Assembly (NCBI GenBank): GCA_001303415.1
Contig: LJTN01000018.1
Span: forward strand, 108-64,107
Direction: 5' to 3'
DNA from: Myxococcales bacterium SG8_38
GTDB taxonomy: Bacteria > Myxococcota_A > Polyangia > Polyangiales > Houyiibacteriaceae
Length of the DNA stretch: 64,000 bases
A program made the translations under genes and the position numbers. Below, in pieces: positions 58,257-64,000 of the stretch. Under the pieces are notes generated by a model. The model saw only the letters and a list, made by a program, of their open reading frames with translations. It was not told the origin of the DNA and searched no databases. Within the stretch, counting starts at the first letter, position 1. Each line of letters opens with the position of its first letter.

Positions 58257-58952
58257 ATGCGGCAGGCCCGCAAACACGCGATCCGAATGCTTTCGCTCTT
58301 TGTGGGAGCCTTCATCGCTACCCTCGCAAGCGGAGCTTCGGCGCAACGCATCCTCATGGCGTCGCCGACCTGCGAGGAGCTCACCATCATGGACTTCTTG
58401 GCGCGCCTCGACGAAGAGGAAGGCCGCTACAAGCGTGGGCTGGATGCGCAGGGGCGGCGCGAGCTCTCCCAACTTCGTAGGGAGGTTTGCGCTCCGTACG
58501 TGGGCTACCGTGTAACGCGTCATCCCACCACCACATGGTCGAACGGACGATCCATCGTGCGTGGTTATCTAGAGCTCAACCATCCCAACGGACGGATTGC
58601 CAAGAGCCGAAGCGGCGAGTGGTTCTACCCTAGCGGCGCCAGGGCGAAGAGCGCCCTCGGGCAGTGGGAGTACGCAAACGGATTGCTGGCGCGAGCTCCA
58701 ACGGGGGAATGGTATACGCGCGAAGGAAAGTACGTCGAAGATGCCGACGCGTGGCGCGCCAAAGCGTGCGACTACCTCGGCAAGCAGCTCTGCCCGATTG
58801 GGAAAGCCGACGAGGACTTGCTCGCAGTGACGATGATGGGGCTCATCAACGAGGTTGCTCCGCCCAAGCAAGAGGCGAGGCCCGAGAAAGACGACAAGGG
58901 CAAGGACGAGAAGAGCAAGAAGGACGAAGACGGCTCGGAAAAAGCTGACTGA
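58257..58952 (+). CDS. Secreted hypothetical protein with short G-x-W-x-Y-x-N-G repeats
   Basis: Signal peptide; repeats HPNGRIAK/GEWFYPSGARAK/GQWEYANGLLAR/GEWY; Lys/Asp/Glu tail. Confidence 0.65.
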   Translation: MRQARKHAIRMLSLFVGAFIATLASGASAQRILMASPTCEELTIMDFLARLDEEEGRYKRGLDAQGRRELSQLRREVCAPYVGYRVTRHPTTTWSNGRSIVRGYLELNHPNGRIAKSRSGEWFYPSGARAKSALGQWEYANGLLARAPTGEWYTREGKYVEDADAWRAKACDYLGKQLCPIGKADEDLLAVTMMGLINEVAPPKQEARPEKDDKGKDEKSKKDEDGSEKAD

Positions 58953-58966
58953 GCGGCCGCCACGAT

Positions 58967-59842
58967 GTGGTAGAACCCAAGGTCATGATGGAGCCCTCCC
59001 TTCGCGGCGCAACCTCCAGAGCCGACCGAGAAACCTTGCTCGAGACGGCCAAGGCCTCTCCTCGGCTTGCGGGCCAGCACGAAAAGGAACGCTGGCTCGC
59101 ACTGTATTCGGACGACGCGGTCCTCGAAGACCCGGTCGGGACGCCGGCCTCGCACAAGGGGAGGCGACCCGGCCGGCTCGGCGACGAGCTCGGCCGTTTC
59201 TACGAGGCATTCATCGCACCGAGCGAAATCGAGATCGTGTCGCGGCGCGATATCGTCTCCGGCATGCACGTGTTTCGCGCGGTCGACATTCATACGAAGA
59301 ACACGAAGACCGGCCTGAAGATGAAGGTGCCGGCCAATCTGCTCTACGAAATCATCTGTGACGCGGAAGGACGGTCCGCGATCCGGCGCATGCATGCGCA
59401 CTGGGAGCTCAATCGCATGACTCGCATCCTGATGAGTGAGGGTCTGTTGGGAGTGCGCACCATTGCGTTCATGAACTGGAGTATGTTGCGTGCGTTTGGC
59501 CCGAAATGGCTGCTGAGCTATTTCCAGACATCGCAGCAAGGCGTCGGCCGCAAGGGTAAGGAGCTGATCGAGCGCATGGCCAAAGAGATCGGTCGTGACG
59601 GAGGCAGCTTCTTCGCCGACGACGCCACCGTGGAGCTGCCGGGCGTAGCGACGGCGCCCATCACCAAGTTCCTGGAGGGGTGCACCGCTCTCGAGGTCGC
59701 GGACACGTTGGCATCGGGTCAGACGGTTTCCGGCCTGGCGTCCCTCGAATGGGGAGGACGTCCCCGGGAAGCCGCGTTCGTCGCAGAGCTCGATTCCGAC
59801 GGCTCTCGCGTGCGACGACTCCGTTGGTTCTGGGAGGAGTGA
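58967..59842 (+). CDS. NTF2/SnoaL-like (ketosteroid isomerase-like) protein
   Basis: WLALYSDDAVLEDPVGTP..G, FYEAFIAP, AHWEL; second degenerate NTF2 domain. Confidence 0.75.
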   Translation: MVEPKVMMEPSLRGATSRADRETLLETAKASPRLAGQHEKERWLALYSDDAVLEDPVGTPASHKGRRPGRLGDELGRFYEAFIAPSEIEIVSRRDIVSGMHVFRAVDIHTKNTKTGLKMKVPANLLYEIICDAEGRSAIRRMHAHWELNRMTRILMSEGLLGVRTIAFMNWSMLRAFGPKWLLSYFQTSQQGVGRKGKELIERMAKEIGRDGGSFFADDATVELPGVATAPITKFLEGCTALEVADTLASGQTVSGLASLEWGGRPREAAFVAELDSDGSRVRRLRWFWEE

Positions 59843-59844
59843 CG

Positions 59845-60927
59845 ATGATCAAGAAGGTTGCGATCTGGTCCGGCGCCGCGCTGGTCGTTCTGTTGCTCTA
59901 TCTCTTGCTGTGGCCGGTCCCCATCGATCCAATCGCCTGGGAGCCGTCACCCGTTCCGGCACTCGAAGGCGACTTCGCCGCCAACCGGGTGCTTCAAGAC
60001 ATGCAGATCTTCGCGACACCAAACAGTCACGGCCCCGAGGACGTGGCGGTCGATGCCGAGGGACGCATTTACGTGGGCGTCGAAGAAGGGAAGATCCTTC
60101 GCTATGCGCCCGATGGCGCCAACCCCGAGGTGTTCGCCGACACGGGGGGCCGGCCGCTCGGCTTGGACTTCGACAACGACGGCAATCTAATCGTCGCCGA
60201 TGCGTTCGCAGGGTTGCTCTCGGTCGACCCGAGCGGCGCCATCGAGGTGCTGTGCACGCAAGCCGGCGAGCATCCGCTCGGTTTCCCCGACGACGTGGAC
60301 GTCGACTCGCAAAACGTAGCTTGGTTTTCCGATGCCTCGTTCAAGTGGACACAGCATGAGGTCATGCACGAGGCGCTCGAAAGCGCCCCGAACGGGAGGC
60401 TGCTGAAGCACGACCTCGAAAGCGGCGAATGCGCGGTCGTCTTGACGGGGCTCCATTTCGCCAATGGCATCGCGGTGTCGCCGGACGACACCTACGTGCT
60501 CGTCAACGAAACGATGCGCTACCGCACCAAGCGGGTTTACGTGCGCGGTCCTCGCCAAGGCGAGGTGGAGGTCTTCATCGACAACCTGCCGGGTTTCCCC
60601 GACGGAATCTCCACCGGGGCCGACGGCATCTTCTGGTTGGCGCTCTACGCTCCGCGAAACGCGCTCCTCGATTCGGCCGGACCGAAGCCATGGCTGCGCG
60701 AAATCATCTTCCGCATCCCCGCTGCGCTACAGCCGAAGCCGAGGCGGCACCCCTTCGTCTTGGGCCTCGTTGAGAACGGCAAGGTCGTCTACAACCTCCA
60801 AGACGAGCAGGGCGCGACCTTCTCCAAGTCCACGAGCGCCGAGCAGGTCGGGGATTGGCTGTACGTAGGAAGCCTCACGGAGCCCGCTTGGGGCCGAATT
60901 CGCGTTTCCGAGCTTCCCCGACGGTGA
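59845..60927 (+). CDS. Strictosidine synthase-like/SMP-30 beta-propeller (APMAP-like)
   Basis: N-terminal TM, GPEDVA, GGRPLGL, FSDAS, GRLL, LHFANG, DNLPGFPD. Confidence 0.92.
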   Translation: MIKKVAIWSGAALVVLLLYLLLWPVPIDPIAWEPSPVPALEGDFAANRVLQDMQIFATPNSHGPEDVAVDAEGRIYVGVEEGKILRYAPDGANPEVFADTGGRPLGLDFDNDGNLIVADAFAGLLSVDPSGAIEVLCTQAGEHPLGFPDDVDVDSQNVAWFSDASFKWTQHEVMHEALESAPNGRLLKHDLESGECAVVLTGLHFANGIAVSPDDTYVLVNETMRYRTKRVYVRGPRQGEVEVFIDNLPGFPDGISTGADGIFWLALYAPRNALLDSAGPKPWLREIIFRIPAALQPKPRRHPFVLGLVENGKVVYNLQDEQGATFSKSTSAEQVGDWLYVGSLTEPAWGRIRVSELPRR

Positions 60928-60995
60928 GGTCGTCGGCTTGCGGACCGTTTCAGATGCTTTGACTATCGGTGCGATTCTTGGATGGGAGCAATGAG

Positions 60996-63122
60996 ATGTT
61001 GCGGTTGCGTTTGGTTGGCTTTGGGCTCGTCGTGGTCCTTGCGAGTGGAGGTTGCAGCTCATCCGGCTCCGGCTCCATTGCACGGGTCGTGGGCGCGGAC
61101 GATGGAACGGTCGAAGTCGTCGTCGACGAGCGGGTGCTTTTCGCGCTTGCACCCACCGGGCCCGTCGCTCGCAACTTCAGTGAAAGGCCCGTAGGCGTCG
61201 GGACCATCTCGTTCGAGCGTACCGACGAGGTCGTCGACCCGTTGTCGGTGCAGTCGGTGGTGACCGAAGGAGCGGGCGTCCGGGTCGAGTACGAGAGCAG
61301 CAGCTCTCGAAAAGCCACGTTGATTGCAAGTCCCCTCGACGACGAGGTGAGCGAGTTCCGGCTCGAGCTCAGGGGTCCGCCTGCGGATTCGATTGCCGTG
61401 GGCATTCGCTGCGATGAGGAAGGGACTTTTCATGGTTTCGGGGAACAGTACAACGCAACCAACCAGCGGGGTGAGGCGTTCGAGTTGCTGGTCAACGAGC
61501 AAGGCAACGGTCGCGACGGAGGCCCGGGTGCGTCGATCGGCGACGAGCACACCACCTATTTCCCCATGCCCTACTACGTCGATGCACGGGGCTTTGGTGC
61601 GCTCTTCAGCACTGCGCGCCGTGTAGACGTGGATCTCTGCGCGAGCGATAAAGACATCGCCTGGTTCGAAGTGATAAGCGGAGCTCCGGTGCGGTGGCGC
61701 GTGTTCCATGGGCCCACAGCCATGGAGGTGATCCGGCAGCTCGGAGACGGAGACCTCGTGGGCCGGCCGTCGCAACCTCCCGCCTGGGCTTACAACCTGT
61801 GGATGGCCGGGCAGGGTGGTCGAGGCGCCGTCGAAACGGAGCGCGCTGCCTTGGAGGCCGCCGGCATTCCCGTAGCGGCGTTTTGGGTGCAAGACTGGGG
61901 TGGGATACGCCAGAACTTCGATGGGGGTTTTGGCGTTCAGTACATCTGGGAGGCGGATGAGACGCTGTATCCGAGCTTTGCGTCGATGGTTTCGGACTTC
62001 CATGCAGGCGGCTACAAGTTTCTCACCTATGTAAACCCATTCATCGTGAATCCCGATAGCGTTGCGGAGGAAGACGACCCGGCACGGTTCGCCGAGCGGT
62101 TCGATCCCATGGAAATGGGGCTGCTGCTCAAGAACCAGATGGGAGACACCTACATCGACATCATCGTGCCGAACATTCCGCAGTCCGATGCCCATCCGGA
62201 TTTTTCAAACCCCGCCACGATGGAGTTCATCGTCGACTCTCTCGAGGAGATCGTCCGCACGTACGACGTGGACGGATGGATGGCCGATTTCGGCGAGTGG
62301 GTGCCTCTCGATTCGGTGCCGCAGGACGGAAGCGACCCCATGGAGCGCCGCAATACGTTCCCCGTCGACTGGCACCGTGCCTCTCGGCAGGCGCTGGAAA
62401 ACGTTCGCGACGAAAACTGGGTGAGCTTCGCTCGTTCGGGGTTCACCGGCGTGCAAGGGGTTGCGCAGATTCACTGGGTCGGGGACCAGGAAACCAACTG
62501 GGGCGAGCTCGATGGGCTGCCGACGGTCGTTCCCGCCATGCTGAACCTCGGCTTGGCCGGGCAACCGTTCGTAACCCACGACATCGCCGGCTTCGCGCGC
62601 GGCGACGGACCGAGCACCAAGGAGCTATTCCAGCGATGGACGGAGCTCGGTGCGTTCACTCCGATCATGCGCACCCACGATGGCGCCGACAAGGTCAAGA
62701 ACTGGCGCTGGAATCGGGACGGGGAAACCACGGCGCACTTCCGCAAATTCGCCTTCGTGCACTGCGCGCTGAGGAACGACTTCATGACGTTGGCCGCCGA
62801 AGCCGAGACGAGCGGGGCGCCGATTGTCCGGCACCTCATGCTCGTCTTTCCGGACGACCGGGAGACCTGGGATCTCAGCGATCAGTTCATGATCGGCGAT
62901 TCTCTTCTGGTGGCGCCGGTCCTGGAGGAAGGCGCCACCTCCCGGTCGGTCTACTTCCCCGCGGGCACCTGGTACAACGTCTGGACGGGCGATGCCGTCG
63001 AAGGCGGCCGCCGAATGACCGTCAATGCCCCGATCGAAAGCCCACCGGTCTACTCACGAGGAGAGGACCGCGACGATCTCCGCAATGCCGAAGCCATGCT
63101 GACTGTCGAAGACTGTCGTTAG
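60996..63122 (+). CDS. GH31 alpha-glycosidase lipoprotein, YihQ (sulfoquinovosidase)-like subfamily
   Basis: Lipobox-like LASGGC; GFGEQ, EQGNGR, QDWGG.R, GWMADFGE (nucleophile), WVGDQ (acid/base), HDIAGF, RTHDG. Confidence 0.88.
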   Translation: MLRLRLVGFGLVVVLASGGCSSSGSGSIARVVGADDGTVEVVVDERVLFALAPTGPVARNFSERPVGVGTISFERTDEVVDPLSVQSVVTEGAGVRVEYESSSSRKATLIASPLDDEVSEFRLELRGPPADSIAVGIRCDEEGTFHGFGEQYNATNQRGEAFELLVNEQGNGRDGGPGASIGDEHTTYFPMPYYVDARGFGALFSTARRVDVDLCASDKDIAWFEVISGAPVRWRVFHGPTAMEVIRQLGDGDLVGRPSQPPAWAYNLWMAGQGGRGAVETERAALEAAGIPVAAFWVQDWGGIRQNFDGGFGVQYIWEADETLYPSFASMVSDFHAGGYKFLTYVNPFIVNPDSVAEEDDPARFAERFDPMEMGLLLKNQMGDTYIDIIVPNIPQSDAHPDFSNPATMEFIVDSLEEIVRTYDVDGWMADFGEWVPLDSVPQDGSDPMERRNTFPVDWHRASRQALENVRDENWVSFARSGFTGVQGVAQIHWVGDQETNWGELDGLPTVVPAMLNLGLAGQPFVTHDIAGFARGDGPSTKELFQRWTELGAFTPIMRTHDGADKVKNWRWNRDGETTAHFRKFAFVHCALRNDFMTLAAEAETSGAPIVRHLMLVFPDDRETWDLSDQFMIGDSLLVAPVLEEGATSRSVYFPAGTWYNVWTGDAVEGGRRMTVNAPIESPPVYSRGEDRDDLRNAEAMLTVEDCR

Positions 63123-63150
63123 AGCGGCTTCGGCAGTAGGGTCAGCGCTG

Positions 63151-64000
63151 GTGACGACACGGGGAGCCACGCTGTGGGAGCGCGTTCATCCGGCCTGGGT
63201 GGGCCTCGTCGGGCTTGCGCTGTATCTGCGAACCATCCCCTATGGCTTCGTGCTGCGCGACGATCCATGGCTCATCCGCGACAATCGGCTGCTCCACGAG
63301 CTTAGCTTGGCTTCGGTTTGGCGGGTGTTGACCGATTTTTCTTGGGAGCAGCGGTACCGGCTCGGCGCGGAGTATCTGCCGGTCCGCGATTTGTCGGTGA
63401 TGCTCGACTACGCGCTCTACGGCGAGTGGGTGGGCGGGCAGCATTTGACGCAGGTGATGCTTTACGCTGCCACCTGCGCAGTCCTCGCGTCTTTGGCGCT
63501 CGCGCTTTTCGGGAGCCGTCCGGTCGCTTGGCTGGCTGGCCTCTTGTTTGCCACCCATCCCATCCACGTGGAGGTGGTGGCTTGGTTGTCCGAGCGCAAG
63601 GGTGCCCTTGGCGCGCTTCTCCTGTCGTCCTCGCTGCTCCTCGCGACCGGGTACCTACGGCGTGGCGGGTTCGGTCGCGCGCTCGGCGCATGCCTGCTGT
63701 TCCTGTTGGCCGTTGCGGCAAAGGCCCTCGTCATCGCGGGAGCGGCCGCGCTCTTGTTGCTGGTCTTGTGGCTCGATTCCCCGATTACACGCCGAGACAA
63801 ATGGCTTCTCGTCATTGCGTATGCAGCATCAGGCCTGCTCGCGTTTCTTCCCAACGTATGGGTATCTCGCTCGCTCGGAGTCATCGTCCCCTACCATGGC
63901 GAAGGATTCGCGGACACGCTGCTCTTGTTCTTTCAAGCCCACACGCAGTATCTACGTTTGATGGCGTATGGCGGTCCGTACGCCATCGACTATCCGATCG
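63151..64000 (+). CDS. TMTC-like GT-C membrane glycosyltransferase, 3'-truncated by window edge
   Basis: Manual translation: ...YGFVLRDDPWLIRDN...YLPVRDLS..LDYAL...LFATHPIHVEVVAWLSERK...AK; open to the window end. Confidence 0.8.
   Translation, partial: MTTRGATLWERVHPAWVGLVGLALYLRTIPYGFVLRDDPWLIRDNRLLHELSLASVWRVLTDFSWEQRYRLGAEYLPVRDLSVMLDYALYGEWVGGQHLTQVMLYAATCAVLASLALALFGSRPVAWLAGLLFATHPIHVEVVAWLSERKGALGALLLSSSLLLATGYLRRGGFGRALGACLLFLLAVAAKALVIAGAAALLLLVLWLDSPITRRDKWLLVIAYAASGLLAFLPNVWVSRSLGVIVPYHGEGFADTLLLFFQAHTQYLRLMAYGGPYAIDYPI

Overview
A GC-rich bacterial window, most likely from a myxobacterium (Myxococcota/Polyangia-like). This is inferred from a MYXO-CTERM sorting signal, Gly/Thr-rich lipoprotein linkers and gene content. 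Most of it is housekeeping and lipid/steroid-type metabolism: pdxJ, menB, amt, nadE, msrA, ppk1, acyl-CoA dehydrogenases, SDRs, a thiolase/DUF35 pair, SCP2, a complete 9-gene V/A-type ATPase operon, tandem FadL-like porins, and a beta-helix/diheme-cytochrome/peroxidase lipoprotein trio. The standout is a candidate RiPP system at about 10.85-15.0 kb. An ORF missing from the ORF track (minus strand, 14983-14810) encodes a twin-arginine leader (RRHFLK..YTAPAV..AHA) and a 29-aa core with five evenly spaced C-x-P units (QASCSPSTCMPGVCNPNGCNPLTCMPLGG). Its stop overlaps the start of a radical SAM enzyme, which is followed by a PqqD/RRE protein, an HPr-kinase-like protein and a methyltransferase, with a convergent nucleotidyltransferase. 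The precursor has no canonical start codon in this sequence. Other points of note: an RRM gene that appears to need an ATC start, a candidate three-stem-loop sRNA, two KstR-like operators, a nested inverted-repeat element, a PGRMC/MAPR-like cytochrome b5, and a YihQ-like GH31 lacking sulfonate-binding residues. All family assignments come from motif recognition by eye; no database searches were run.
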